Part shown: one piece after another, positions 12,820 to 25,454 of the stretch
Layout: every line of letters starts with the position of its first letter
Numbering within the stretch: position 1 is the stretch's first letter
Assembly: GCF_964194155.1 (NCBI RefSeq)
Contig: NC_135891.1
Span: forward strand, 117,428,001 to 117,492,000
Direction of reading: 5' to 3'
Origin: Cetorhinus maximus
Taxonomy: Eukaryota
DNA: 64,000 nt
Program-made: the position numbers and the translations under genes
Notes under the pieces: model-generated
What the model saw: the letters and a program-made list of their open reading frames with translations, nothing else
The model's database searches: none
What the model was told of the DNA's origin: nothing

Positions 12820-13042
12820 CTTTAGGATATCTACAGTGCAAAATGCTGCCTCAGTGCAAGTGTTATTACAACATACATGTGTGACATTGTCATAGTTTTT
12901 TCCCAATACTACATGTTTTTCAACACAATTTGCATCGGATCAGCTTTTAATTTTTGGCTGAATGAAATTTGCACAGATTTTCAATTGTAAATTCTGCACA
13001 GTTTGACATTTATGCAAATTAACAGGAACAGGGATTCAACAC

Positions 13043-13182
13043 TAAGATAAAAGCAAAATACTGTGGATGCTGGAAATCTGAAATACAAACAGAAAATGCT
13101 GGAAAAACTCAGCAGGTCTGACAGCATCTGTGGAGAGAGAAACAAAGTTAACGTTTCAAGTCCGTATGACTCTCCTTCAGAG
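13043..13182 (-). mobile_element. Solo Penelope LTR fragment with mutated hammerhead motif
   Basis: Reverse complement ctctgaaggagagtcatacggacttgaaacgttaac...ttttgcttttatc. Confidence 0.85.
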
Positions 13183-13289
13183 CAGAACAGGAATTTAAAC
13201 TTGCCAAGAAGATATGAAGCTAATTCACCCACAGCTTGAACACTTCTTCTTTGGGTACATCAAGTTTGTGATTCTGAGGGAACTAGCAA

Positions 13290-15165
13290 GAGGGATAGAG
13301 GATAGGAGGGATTATAGGAACTCTGCAACTCATTTAGATCACAGCTGATCTGTGTCTCAATTCCATTTAATTGCCTTTGCTCAATGTAACTTAATAGCTT
13401 TGCTTAACAAAAATCTGATCTCAAAATTGACCCCCAACATCCACAACCTTTTGGGGGAAGAGAATTCTTGATTTCCACTACCCTCTTTATGAAGAGGTGC
13501 TTCCTGATTTCACTTCTGAAAGTCCTGTCTCTCGTTTTAAGATTATGTCCACTCATTCTTAATTCCCCCTCCAAAGAAAATAGTTTCTCTGCATTCACCC
13601 TATAAAGTCCCTTCATTATTTTAAAAGCCTCAGTCGTATCACCCTAAACATTTTGTAATCAACCTAATACTAATCAAGATTATGCAACCTGTCATCATAA
13701 TTTAACCTTCTAATTTCTATCATATTGGTGGGGGGAGGGGTGTTATATTTTTCAACTTCTACATATACATTCTTGTCTCCACATTTCACCCTTCAACTAA
13801 AATGGTCAAATGCAGTCCAAACATTGAAGTTGCTCCCTAATTCTGGCTAGTCTGGTTTAAGAAAAACCCACTCGCTGGCTACACTTTTCATATGCATTAA
13901 ACTGGTCAACAAACCAGCAGCAAAAATACCAAGAGTTCTCATTCTTCAAAAGAGAATAATTTGCAGAAAGGAATAATTGCTGTAGAAAATGTTCCCTTTG
14001 GAAAATTGGGGAACTAAAGCTGTTCAAAAACCAGCATAGATCGCACTTCCACCCTTCGCCTTTTAATATTGCACATTTGTGTTCTGTATGTACAGGAAAT
14101 ATTAGGAACAGGAGGTGGCCATTCAGGCCTTAACTCCATTTACCCACCATGGTTCTTTAAACCAAACAAACATCTGTCAATCTCGGTTATGGGATTCTGC
14201 AATTTACCTCCTGTCTCAAAAGTTTTTGTGGGGTGGGGTAGGGTGAGGGCAGGGGAAGAGTTCCAAATTTTCACTACCCTTTGTGTGAAGAAGTGCATCT
14301 GACAATATCCCTGAAAGGCCTAGCTCTAATTTTAAGGTTATTCCACCCTTGCTCTGACTCATGAGTCAAAATGATAATGCTACTTTGAAGAAAAATATAT
14401 TTACAAAGTGTTATGTAAGTCTAACACTCACCCACTCCACCCACCTCAGCTAATGATAGATAGATAGACCTTGCTCCTTAATTATTTTTGCAGGTCATGC
14501 TGACAATGCGCCAACATTTGGGGCCAAGTTGACACTTCCAGTTCTTCCCAGAACGGCACTGCAGTGAAACACATTGTGTTTCTATTTTTAGCCACGTCAG
14601 ACCTCCTGTTACAACACTCCATCCTTGACCGAGAGAGGCAGATGCAGTGCAGAATTTGTTGGTATTGGGAACAGAAGACTATTCAGCCTCTCTATCCTGT
14701 TCTAACACTCAATTAGATAATGAATGATCTGTATCTTAACTCCATCCATCCTCTGTGGTTTCATAACCCTTAATACTCCTAATTGTGAAATTATCTATTG
14801 ATGCCCAGCCTGAACAACTTTGGGGGGCTGGAGAGAGTTCCAGATTTCCACTAATCTTTGTGTGAAGAAGTGCTTCTTGACATCACCCCTAAATAGCCTG
14901 GCTTGAATTTTACAGTTCTGTCCCCTTGTTCTGGACCTCCCTCACAAGAGAAAAGAGTTTATCTCTACCACTCCTATCAACACCTTTCATCATCTTAAAC
15001 CCCCTCAATCACATCGCCCTGTAATTTTCCATATTATGGGGATTACAAGCCTAGTCTATGTAAACTGTCCTCATAATTTAACCCTTTCAGCCCCAGTATA
15101 ATTCTGGTCAATCTGTTCTGCAACCCTCCAAGACCAATCTTTCCTTGCTGAGGTGCAGCATCAAG
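13290..15165 (-). mobile_element. Cluster of old CR1 3' fragments (about 13290-13720, 14100-14360, 14670-15165)
   Basis: ORF 13404-13616 MKGLYRVNAEKLF..GHNLK..KHLFIKRVV; repeated CR1 tail motif ggccattcag. Confidence 0.7.
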
Positions 15166-15784
15166 AAACTTTCCTTCCTCCATCTTATAATGGGAGGTGC
15201 CTTAGAAGCGAAATTCTCAGTCTACTGTTGCACAGTTCCACCAGCAGGGTGAAAATGGGAAACCTCTGACCCAATAAGCAGTTGGAACTACAGCACCTCC
15301 ACTGCTGGAAGGTTATAATTACAATGTGATGCGTTTACATAGACATTTCCAGTATAAATGTGGATATAGCAACTTATAAAAGGAAAAAAAATCCATGCAG
15401 ATGGAATATTTTTAATACATTAAAAAACATTAAAAACATCTGAGCTTGACTGCTGAGATGAAACAATAAAACTGAAAATTTGAAATATACAACAGTTTGA
15501 TCACCATTGGAAATTGGAAGGTTTATGCAAGTGCTTTCAGAGAAAATGTATATGGGTTACTGCTGTGAAAATCACTTTGCTGGACTGTAGTGTAGACTGA
15601 AAACTCAGCCTCTGACTCCCCACAGGCAGAACAGAAGAGACAGCCTCACTTACAGCAGGCACTCCTCCCAACCGCAAGACTATAGTATAAATGGGATTTC
15701 AAATACACAGTTCAACACAGTGGGGTTTCCCACTTCACAATTTGTACAGGACATGCCTAACCTACGGTAGCAGCAAAGCCTCGA

Positions 15785-16640
15785 TTATCCTCAGATACTG
15801 AAGCAGTCCATGTCCAAAGGCAGCAAGACCTGGACAATATCCAGGATTGGGCTGACAAGTGACAAGTAACATTTGGGCCTCCAAGAGCCAGGCAATGGGC
15901 ATCTCCAACAAGAGAATCTAACCACTGCCCCTTGATGTTCAATGGCATTACCGTTGCTGAATCCCTCACTATCAACATCCTGGGGGTTACATTTAACCAA
16001 AAACTGAACTGGCCTAGCCATATAAATACTGTGGCTATAAGAACAGGTCAGAAACAAGGAATCCTGTGGCAGGTTACTCACCTCTTGACTCCCCAAAGCC
16101 TGTTCACCATTTACAAGGCATAAGGCAGGAGTGTGATGGAATACTCCCCACTTGCCTGGATGAGTGCAGCTCCCACAACACTTAAGAAGCTTGACACTGT
16201 CCAGGACAAAGCAGCCTGCTTGATTGGCACCACATCCACAAACATTCACTCGTTCCACCACTGACGCACAGTAGCAGCAGTCTGTACCATCGACAAGATG
16301 CACTGCAGGATCTCACCAAGCCTCGTTAGATAGCACGTTCCAAACCCACGACATCTAATATCTAGAAGGACAAGGGCAGCAGATAGATGGGAACACCATC
16401 ACCTGGAAGTTCCCCTCCAAGTCACTCACCATCCTGACTTGGAAATATATAAACTTCATTGTCACTGGGTTAAAATCCTGGAACTTCCTCCCCAACAGCA
16501 CTGTGGGTGTACCTACACTACATGGACTGCAGCGGTTCAAGAAGGCAGCTCACCACCACCACCACCTCGGGGAAATTAGAGATGCGTGATAAATGCTGGC
16601 CTACTAGCAATGCTGACATCCTATGAATGAATTTTAAAAA
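15785..16640 (+). mobile_element. 5'-truncated copy of the tRNA-headed LINE family
   Basis: Colinear with 59760-60750 (cagatactgaagcagtccatgtccaa...atgaatgaa); ORF FNGITVAESLTINILGVTFNQKLNW. Confidence 0.9.
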
Positions 16641-17778
16641 AATCCACCTGAGATCTCAAATATACACCAGGATTCCCATGCAAGCCAGAGCTTCAGGTGG
16701 GTGGGAGAAGGGGGAGCTGGATTACTCGTATGAAAAAAAATTGTTTTAAAAAGTAATGGTAAAGATCGTCTAGTTCTAGAGTTGTAAACAATTTTTGGTT
16801 GGGGAGTGGGGGGAATCTCTGAATTATAGGATCAATTCTGTCATCAACCAGGAAGGGGAGAATCTCCTCAGTTATTAATGGAAGTCCCATGTTGCAGGAA
16901 TACTGAGACACTGGTAGGCTGTCTTCATTCCTGATTAGGCTTAAAATTTCCTTTTGGATGTTTTATAGTATAATGTATGTCACCAATAGCAGAAATCACT
17001 GCATTCTAAAATTAACAGCTTCGTAATGTGTGCTAAATTTCATTCACAGACCCAGTGAGGGCTGTGGCATAATTAAACAAAAGGATTTTTTTAAAGAAAC
17101 AGACAAAAAAGTTGAGAATCATGCAGTGTGCACATTCAATTCTTAATGTGGTTATTAATATTGTCGACTGATGGGATTGTGGAAGCAAGTGAGGAGCCTA
17201 TGTGGAAAGCTGACATCTGTAAAATGACATGCTTAATGCCAGATTATCAACCTGTTTCAAGGTATAGAGGCTCCCAAGTTTGGTGTTAAACACTTTAATA
17301 TCCTCTTTGTGGCAAGAGATAAGTACTGCGGCAATACAATATTCACAACCGCTGGTCTTGAAACACTTTGCATTCTGCTGCTGAGTATTCACCGAGAAAA
17401 ACAGGCCCTGGACGACAAAACAATGGAATTTCCAGAACCCGATTACCTGTCAAAGTGTGAGAATGTTCAGACGTGGCAATTTTTAGTGGAAGGATCCTCT
17501 GAGTGTGACAGTGATCATCAGCCGACAGCCTACTCCCAGTCTCCCAGAACTTGTCTGCAACGTAGCAAGTCCCATTCATTGAAGCAGAGTTGAGGGTTGC
17601 AGCTGGTAGATTCTGAACTCACTGCAGCTGAAACAGTCACCTCAGAGCTTCTCTGGTTGCTTATTCAACGTCTCAGATGGCCACAGAGGAGTTAAATGTT
17701 AGAAAAATCCAGCAATATGCAAAGAAACATGATGTGTGTTTTCTGGGTCCATTGTCTTGTCTTATCCCAAAATGGCAG

Positions 17779-17991
17779 TCAATGGGAAATCCCACCTTTC
17801 TGCCCCGTCCAGAACTCATGTAGCTCCACTTTGCAGCCAAGATCCCTCAGGGCAGCTTTCGCCAGGTCCTCACAGTCTTGGTGCGTGGTCTTAGCCTGCA
17901 GGATGAGCACCTCAGCTCCCATCTCCAAGATCAGCTGGGAGAAGTCAGGATTGCGCGCCACCAGGTTACGGAGCAGCATGCAGGCCTGCTT
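17779..17991 (-). CDS. ARMC6: ARMC6 last coding exon (coding exon 7), with stop
   Basis: tttacag|AAG; [70 protein letters not shown], matching the recalled vertebrate ARMC6 C-terminus. Confidence 0.95.
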   Translation of the reverse strand, partial: KQACMLLRNLVARNPDFSQLILEMGAEVLILQAKTTHQDCEDLAKAALRDLGCKVELHEFWTGQKGGISH

Positions 17992-18061
17992 CTGTAAAGG
18001 AGAGAAAGATCAGCCAACGTTAAAATGGAGGTTCAACAATGGTAATTGTATATTAATTGAT

Positions 18062-18197
18062 AACAAAATCAAAATACTGGATTTTGGATGCTGGAAATCT
18101 GAAATAAAAACAGAAAATGCTGGAAAAACTCAGGTCTAGCAGCATTTGTGGAGAGAGAAAGAGTTAATGTTTCGAGTCCATATGACTCTTCTTCAGA
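18062..18197 (-). mobile_element. Solo Penelope LTR fragment with 14-bp TSD in the last ARMC6 intron
   Basis: TSD gtatattaattgat at 18048-18061 and 18198-18211; starts tctgaagaagagtcatatggactcgaaacattaac on the minus strand. Confidence 0.9.
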
Positions 18198-18693
18198 GTA
18201 TATTAATTGATGTTTAATTGTACTGTATTCAGGTGTTGGGCATTAACTGGGGATTCACTTGTGCTCTATATAGCACCTTGGGAATTACATTTTAATTTAA
18301 GTTTCATTTGAAGTGTTTGTTTTCGTTAGTAGGTCAGTAGTGCTTTTCAAATGGGGCACTAAATTGGTAATGGGTTTACAGAAGAGGTATAATAGCAACA
18401 GACTGAAGCTGCAGTTGTTGGGGTTTGGAGGTGTATACCTGTAACATATTACTCTGTAAATAAAAGCTCCTAAATATCTAAATATTAGGCTCCAGTTCTA
18501 TTCTTCACTGTCTGACTCTCTGAAAAAGAACAAGCAGTAGACTCTTCAAGCCCCACCTATACACCCTTTCCCCGATCCCTTCCTCGTTTCCCCCCCGCCG
18601 TCCCCTTCCATACCACCCTGTCCCCATCTTCATTCTCTGTGCCCATCCTCTCCCCTTCAACCCTTCTCCTTCCCCTCACCCTACCCAACTCAC

Positions 18694-18831
18694 CTGGACG
18701 TTCACCTCAGCTGGATGTGTCTTCATCGCCTGCAGCGCCATCAGCGCTCCACCACCCTCCATGATCACGCGACAGTTTTCTGGTTTCCGAAGGGCAAACA
18801 TCCCCAAGGCAGCACATCCCTGTTCACAGAT
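18694..18831 (-). CDS. ARMC6: ARMC6 coding exon 6
   Basis: gtgcag|ATC...CAG|gtgagt; 138 nt; [46 protein letters not shown]. Confidence 0.95.
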
Positions 18832-20504
18832 CTGCACCAACAGAAAACAGTCAGTGATAAAACCCCAGCCTCACCCTTTGATCCTTTAGAGCAATGATGG
18901 TTGGGGGGGGGAGGTGGGATGGTGAAGGGGAAGAGGCTTTAATATGGCTTCTGTAAAAAAAATTTGTTCTGAAGGAATTTGGACTGCTAAAGGAATGGGC
19001 TGGAAACCTTGGATTAATTATTGACTAAAGGAGCTGAGTTTGGTTAGAAGTATTAATTCACCAGCAAGGCTGACCACATTCAAAAAAATGTTACATAGAC
19101 TGTCTGGAAGACTACGGAGAAGGACAAGCTATGGAAAACACCACGTGCTGTTTCTGCAGCATCAGTCTGTGCAATCCTTGGAAAGTTCCTATGAAATCCA
19201 ATAAATGCCTATTATCTTGAGGAATTACTTATAAAATGTAAGAAAGAACATCCATTCCCTGATAGCTGTTGTTGGGTGTCATCACTACATAAACACTATG
19301 TTCTTGGTCAGGAGCAGAATTTGTCTTCCTGTCACCAAAGAAAAGCACGCTTCATGTGGGAATATTTAGAGTTCTAATGCACGTTATAAAGTCTGAATGC
19401 TTCTCCTCCATTGAGAAGTCAGGGTCAGCAGCCACATTCCTCAACCAAATTCCACATTAGCACTTCCATTGCCTAGAAGGAGTAGAAGCTGAGCAGAGGC
19501 TCAAGACCAGAAGGAGCAGGAGCTGAGACCAACTCAAACACAGGTAGAAATTGAAAGTGACTTCAGAATCAATGCAGAGAAGGAGGAGCAGCAGAATCCT
19601 GGACAAGTGAGAGGAAAGTTACCTAAAAGTTTGTTTAGTTAGTGAGAATGATAAAAGAACGGCCCTTCTGAAGTCCATAAGAACACAAAGATAGACAAGA
19701 AGAACGCCACACAGAATGTGGATGAATAATTAACCCCTCGGTCTCCCAAAGCAAAAGAATTGGTCATTCAGACCCTCAAGTTATACTATTAATTAAGGTT
19801 GTATGAATCTCGATCTGCAAACCTTGTTGTATTTTAATGTTAATAAAACCATCTGTTAGAGAAGTTTAAATTCTTTGTTTATTTTGTCTCTGATTATTGT
19901 AAAGAGGAAAGAAAGTTAAAACAAAAACCCATACTATTTCATAGAAGCATTGAAGTTACAGCACAACTTGCTAGTCCCCGACTGGTGTTAATCCGGTAAA
20001 CAGTAGGCATATTATGAGGGAATGTATTGAAGTGAGTGTCTTTGTTATGGTGCTTTGAGCTGAATAATTCAAAAGCATTTGAAAGGGCAAATGAAACAAT
20101 ATTGTTAAAACTGATATGGTTAATAATTGTGTTTATTACACAAAGTTTTGATGCTGTCTTTAAAAGCTGTCGGAGTTGTACAAAAGTTAACATCATCTTA
20201 GTGAGTGGTGGCAACTTCTGAGCTTTAATATGATAAATATTGCACCTCCCATACCTTGTCTCAGGTCACATAATCCCAAAATCACAACAGTGCCATAATG
20301 TCCTGGACTGTTTTCTTTTGAGAGTGGTCAGTAGCGCTGCATCAGTGAGGGATCTAAGTGAGTCTACACATGTGCAAAGAGAATTGAGAGAATATTACTT
20401 CCTCTTCGCCTCCCCCCCCCCACCACCCCCCTCCATCACCACTCCCAACCATACATGCATATTAGAATTCGACTCCCTTCATCCACACTTCCAATTCCAT
20501 TGAT

Positions 20505-20727
20505 ACAAAAGCAAAATACTGCAGATCCTGAAATCTGAAATAAAAAACAGAACGTGCTGGAAATACTCAGCAGGTCTGGCATCATCTGTGGAGAGTGAAA
20601 CAGAGTTGATGTTTCAGGTCAATCTGATTAATGATCACCAACCTGAAACGTTAACTCTGTTTTTCTCTCTCTCTCCACAGATGTTGCCAAACCTCCTGAG
20701 TATTTCCAGCATTTTCTGTTTTCATTC
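20505..20727. mobile_element. Palindromic Penelope-LTR-derived element
   Basis: aaacagaacgtgctggaaatactcagcaggtctggcatcatctgtggagag..gagttgatgtttcaggt and the reverse complement arm acctgaaacgttaactc..ctccacagatgttgccaaacctcctgagtatttccagcattttctgttt. Confidence 0.85.
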
Positions 20728-20771
20728 CATTTCCACTGCCTCTGCCTCTGGCTGGTTTGAAAGATCAGTAC

Positions 20772-20903
20772 CTGTGGGCTTCCCATGTGGCGGTTCATGG
20801 CTAACACGATCAGGTCTGTTCCACCAGCGTTAATGATTGCATCCTTTACCTCGTCATTACCTGCGATGGCTCGGAACGCACCCAGTACCTGCTTCACCAC
20901 TTC
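20772..20903 (-). CDS. ARMC6: ARMC6 coding exon 5
   Basis: ttacag|GAA...CAG|gtactg; 132 nt; [44 protein letters not shown]. Confidence 0.95.
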
Positions 20904-21734
20904 CTGTAATTTGAGAAGACACAAAAGAGTACTTTCTTAACAGTGGTACACACATTCTGGTGTGCAGTTGTGTAAGTGAGAGGGGCTGTGCTGCTCAACG
21001 TGAGTGCACTCTGCCTCAGAAGGGGTGGAAAGTACAATGGCACTTGCAGTCACCATGTGTACTGGTTGAGTTACCAACCTCAAGCAGGAAATGGGCACAT
21101 ACCCAGCTGAGGCGGTTGCCCACAGCCCATGGACTCCTAACCCTGGTCTCAAAGCTGCATTGCCGTAAAACTTGGTCAACCTCTTGTCCCACAAAGAAAC
21201 CTTCACGCCAACTGCATTCACCAAGCCCACTGCCAACAGCTCCCCCAATTCACAGCCTTCAAATTCTTCATCTCCAAACTTCTCTATAATTTTCTTCAGC
21301 CTAGCATGCACTATTCATTCTTCTGACTTTGGCCTACCATCAATCCTTTCTCTCTACTCCTACGTCAACAACACAGCCTCTAGCCACCAGACCCCTACAC
21401 TCTATCCAAATGCCTTTGCTACAGTTCTTCCTGAACTTTAAAACCCTCTTTACGAATCAAACCTTCAGTCGTCTCCCTAATTTCTCTCTGGTGCTATGCC
21501 TGCAACACATTCAAGATACTTGTTAGGTGAAATCACTAAAAATAAAAGCAAGGTTGTTGGACAAGTAGTAGAAAAGTCTCCCTCTCACCAAAGAAAAAGA
21601 TGTCACATGTAAGGATGATTATAGGGCTCCAATGCTTACTGTAACACTTGAATGTCCTCCTCCATCGATGAGGCCAAGCATTTAGGGCTAATGGACACTT
21701 ACCCAAGCAGGTTTCCAGGTAACCATTTTTATTT

Positions 21735-23410
21735 CAGTTCAGAAGAGGTTTACTAGATTGATACCTGGAATGAGCAGGTTGTCTTATCAGGAAAGGTCGG
21801 ACAGACTGGATTTGTTTCCACTGAAGTTTAGAAGAGTGAGGGGTGACTTGATTGAAGTATATAAGATCCTGAATGTTCTTGACAAGGTGGATGTGGAAAG
21901 GATGTTTCCTCCTGTGGGTGAATCCGGAACTAGGGGGGCACTGTTTTAAAATTAGGGGTCACCCTTTTAGGACAGAGATGGGGAGAAAATTGTTTTCGAG
22001 GGATTTTTTAAATTCATACACGGGATGTGGGCTTCACTGGCCGGGCCAGCATTTATTGCCCATCCCTAGTTGCCTTTCAGAAGGTGGTGGTGAGCTGCCT
22101 TCTTGAACCGCTGCAGTCCGTGGTGTAGGTACACCCACAGTGCTGTTAGGAAGGGAGTTCCAGGATTCTGACCCAGTGACAGTGAAGGAACGGTAACATA
22201 TTTCCAAGTCAGAATGATGATTGACTTGGTGGGGAACTTTCAGGTGGTGGCGTTCCCATCTATCTGCTGCCCTCGTTCTTCTAGATGGTAGTGGTCGTGG
22301 GTTTGGAAGGTGCTGTCTAAGGAGCCTTGGTGAATTCCTGCAGTGCATCTTATAGATGGTACACACTGCTGCTACTATGCGTCGATGGTGGAGGGAGTGA
22401 ATGTGGTGCCAATCAAGCGGGCTGTTTTGACCTGGACAAAGCTTCTTGAGTGTTGTGACAGCTACACTCATCAAGGCAAGTGGGGGGTATTCCATCACAC
22501 TCCTGACTTGTGCCTTGTAGATGGTGGACAGGCTTTCAAGAGTCAGGAGGTGAGTTACTCGTCTCAGGATTCCTAGCCTCTGACCTACTCTTGTAGCCAC
22601 AGTATTTATATGGCTAGTCCAGTTCAGGGTCTGGTCAACGGTAACTCCTAGGATGTTGATAATGGGGGATTCAGTAATGGTAATGCCATTGAATGTCAAA
22701 GGGCGATGGTTAGATTATCTCTTGTTGGAGACGGTCATTGTCTGGCACTTGTGTGGCGCAAATGTTACTTGTCACTTGTCAGCCCAAGCCTGGATATTGT
22801 CCAGGTCTTGCTGCATTTGGACATGGACTGCTTCAGTATCTGAGGTGTTGCGAATGTTGCTGAACATTGTGCAATCAACAGCAAACATCCCCACTTCTGA
22901 CATGATGGAAGGTCATTGATGAAGCAGCTGAAGATGGTTGGGCCGAGCGTACAACCCTAAGAAACTCCTCCAATGATGTCCCGTAGCTGAGATGACTGAT
23001 CTCCAACAACCACAACCATCTTCCTTTGTGCTAGGTATAATTCCAACCAGTGGATTGTTTTCCGTGATTCCCATTGACTCCAGTTTTTCTAGGGCTCCTT
23101 GATGCCACATTTGGTCAAATGCGGCATTGATGTCAAGGGCAGTCACTCCCACCTCACCCCGGGAGTTCAGCTCTTTTGTGCAACTTTGGGATACACTGTC
23201 TCAGAAGGCAGTGGAGATGGGGTCATGAATGTTTTTAAGGTGGAGGTAAATAGATTTTTGTTAGGCTAGGGAATCGAAAGTTATCAGAAATAGATGGGAA
23301 TGTGGAATTTGAAACACAAATGGTTCAACCATGATCTTATTGAATGGCAAAGCAGACTCAAGGGGCCAAATGGCCAACTTCTGCTCCTATTTCATATGTT
23401 CGTATTTGCT
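21735..23410 (+). mobile_element. CR1 3' fragment (21735-22000 plus 23190-23410) interrupted by another LINE
   Basis: RRVRGDLIEVYKILNVLDKVDVERMFP; sequence resumes after 23185 with a CR1 tail. Confidence 0.85.
22005..23185 (-). mobile_element. 5'-truncated copy of the tRNA-headed LINE family, nested in CR1
   Basis: ORFs 22913-23152 (VTALDINAAFDQMWHQGALEKL) and 22034-22699 (FNGITITESPIINILGVTVDQTLNW), colinear with 59410-60750. Confidence 0.9.
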
Positions 23411-23990
23411 TGTACGTTTGAGTGTGGATCTTTTTCTCAGCTCCTTCTAATAAACTAGTTGTAAGAATCCCTGACACAATTGCACAGGTACATGTTCACA
23501 TTGTCAAGTACTTTCCTCTTTCTACATAAGATGTCAGATATATAATTTAGCATAAATGATTATGAGGAAGGGTAAAATTATAAGTAATAGAGCTAAGTAT
23601 GCCTTTTATAGAGCAATTGCATAGAATTAAAAGAACAGAAATTGGGCTATGTTAATGTTCAACACAAGCCTCCTCCCACCTCATTTCATATCTATCAAAG
23701 TACCTTCTGGTCCTTTCTCCCTCAAATGTTTATCCAGCTTTCCCTTAAATGCATCTACATTATTCGCCTCCATGCGGTAGTGAGTTCCACATTTTCATCA
23801 CACTCTGGGTAAAAATGTTTCTCCTGAATTCCTTATTAGATTTATTAGTGACCCTTAGTGTTGGTCTCTCCCACAAATGGAAACACCCTCTCTACACCTA
23901 CTCTAATGAACTTCTTCGTAATTCTGACTTCTATCAGATCGCCTCTCAACCTTCTTTTCTCTACAGAAAGTGAAAGGACCTGTTCCGCAC

Positions 23991-24136
23991 CCGATGTTCG
24001 ATGCAGTCCGCTAGCAGGGCTATCATGAAGTTGAGGCCTCCAAGATCCACGATGTCCTGGCAGAACTCATTCCTGACAGCAAGGCGAGACAGCGTAGAGC
24101 ACAGTTCACTGAGGACAGATGGGTCGTCTGTGAAAG
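23991..24136 (-). CDS. ARMC6: ARMC6 coding exon 4
   Basis: cttattcag|CT...CGG|gtgcgg; 146 nt; (A)[48 protein letters not shown]. Confidence 0.93.
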
Positions 24137-24139
24137 CTG

Positions 24140-24567
24140 AATAAGAAAAGGAAGGATTTGCATTTATCCAGAGCCTTGCACGAGCACAGGAAGTTCCAAA
24201 GCGCTTTACAGTCAATGACGTTCTTTTGAAGTTGGAGACGTTGCAACGTGGGAAATGTGGCAGCCAAATTTGTGCAGACCAAGCTCCAAGCAAGCAACAA
24301 ACAGCAACGTGATAAATAATGTTGGTTGAGGAATTAAATATTGGGCAGGACACCAGAGAGAACTAACTTTTTCTTCAAAATAGTGGCTGTGGGATATTTT
24401 GTGCTCATCTGAAAAAGCAGATAGGGCCTCAGTTTAACACCTCATATGAAAGGCATGTAGCACTCCCTCTGTGCTGCACTGGAAGTGTCAGTCTAGCTCA
24501 GGAGCGGAGCTTGAATGCACAATCTTCTGATTCAGAGGGGAGAGCACTCTCCACCGAGCCATGGCTG
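24140..24567 (-). mobile_element. Full-length DeuSINE-type tRNA SINE abutting the ARMC6 exon 4 acceptor
   Basis: Minus strand head cagccatggctcggtggagagtgctctc..; tail gactgtaaagcgctttgg...ataaatgcaaatccttccttttctt. Confidence 0.85.
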
Positions 24568-25454
24568 AAGGAAGGCAGAGGTATACCAGCAAGTACAAAC
24601 ATTGTTAAATATTTGTTCAGTTGATGGCAGGCTCAGGGCTGGGACTTATTTAACTGGTTGGAAACATGTTACTCTGTTTCTGTTCTGCGATGGGGAAAAA
24701 ACTCATTTCCCTCCCTCAAACTTTGTCACCAAAACGTCAATCTGTCTACAGGCTTTTCTGAAGGCTTAGTCAGTGACAGGGATCCCACTGGATTGGGATA
24801 CTGAGCTATTTGAAAAGAAAGATCCTTAGGTTGTGCTGATCTTGGAAGGGGAGTGATGGTAGGCCTGCTCTACAAGTGGTCTTAGACAATGAGGACAGGG
24901 TTGGACATACTGATCATTTCTCAATGCTGAGTGAACTCTCTGCTTAAGCTTACACTTGAATGGTCATTTTGACAGTGTCTGAAAGGCAACAAACATAAAG
25001 ACAGATGGAGAGAAGTATACAGACACATGCAGATATATGCAAAGAGATACACACCACAGATAAACATCGTCACATATACACTAACGTATACACATTGGGT
25101 CACAGTCAAATATACACAAACATACAAGCAATGACACAAACACACACATTACATGAAAGGCTCCCAGGGCAGGTTTAGATTCAGAGTAAAGTTCCCTCTC
25201 CAATGTCCTGATCAAACACTCCCAGGGCATCTAACCCATGCAATAAATGAACTGAGGTGGACAATTAATGAGGCAGTATGGAGGGAATGCTATGTTTTTT
25301 TTGAAATAGGAATACTTAATACTAACACTCAGAGCAAGAACTAGATAAAGATTTCATTCCCCTACCAATCACATCCCTTACCTTAATAAGGCCAATCCCT
25401 CCTATCTCCAGTGAAATGATCGTATTCTTGCTATTCCTGTGACTACAACGTTAG

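Noticed and set aside
18900-20270. Possible solo LTR-like segments (also about 39750-40220 and 41420-42420)
   Set aside because: I could not define TG..CA termini, a TSD or a primer-binding site by eye.
24985-25150. CA-rich stretch with a Cys/Val-rich ORF (24921-25145)
   Set aside because: It is a decayed microsatellite and the ORF composition is a low-complexity artefact.
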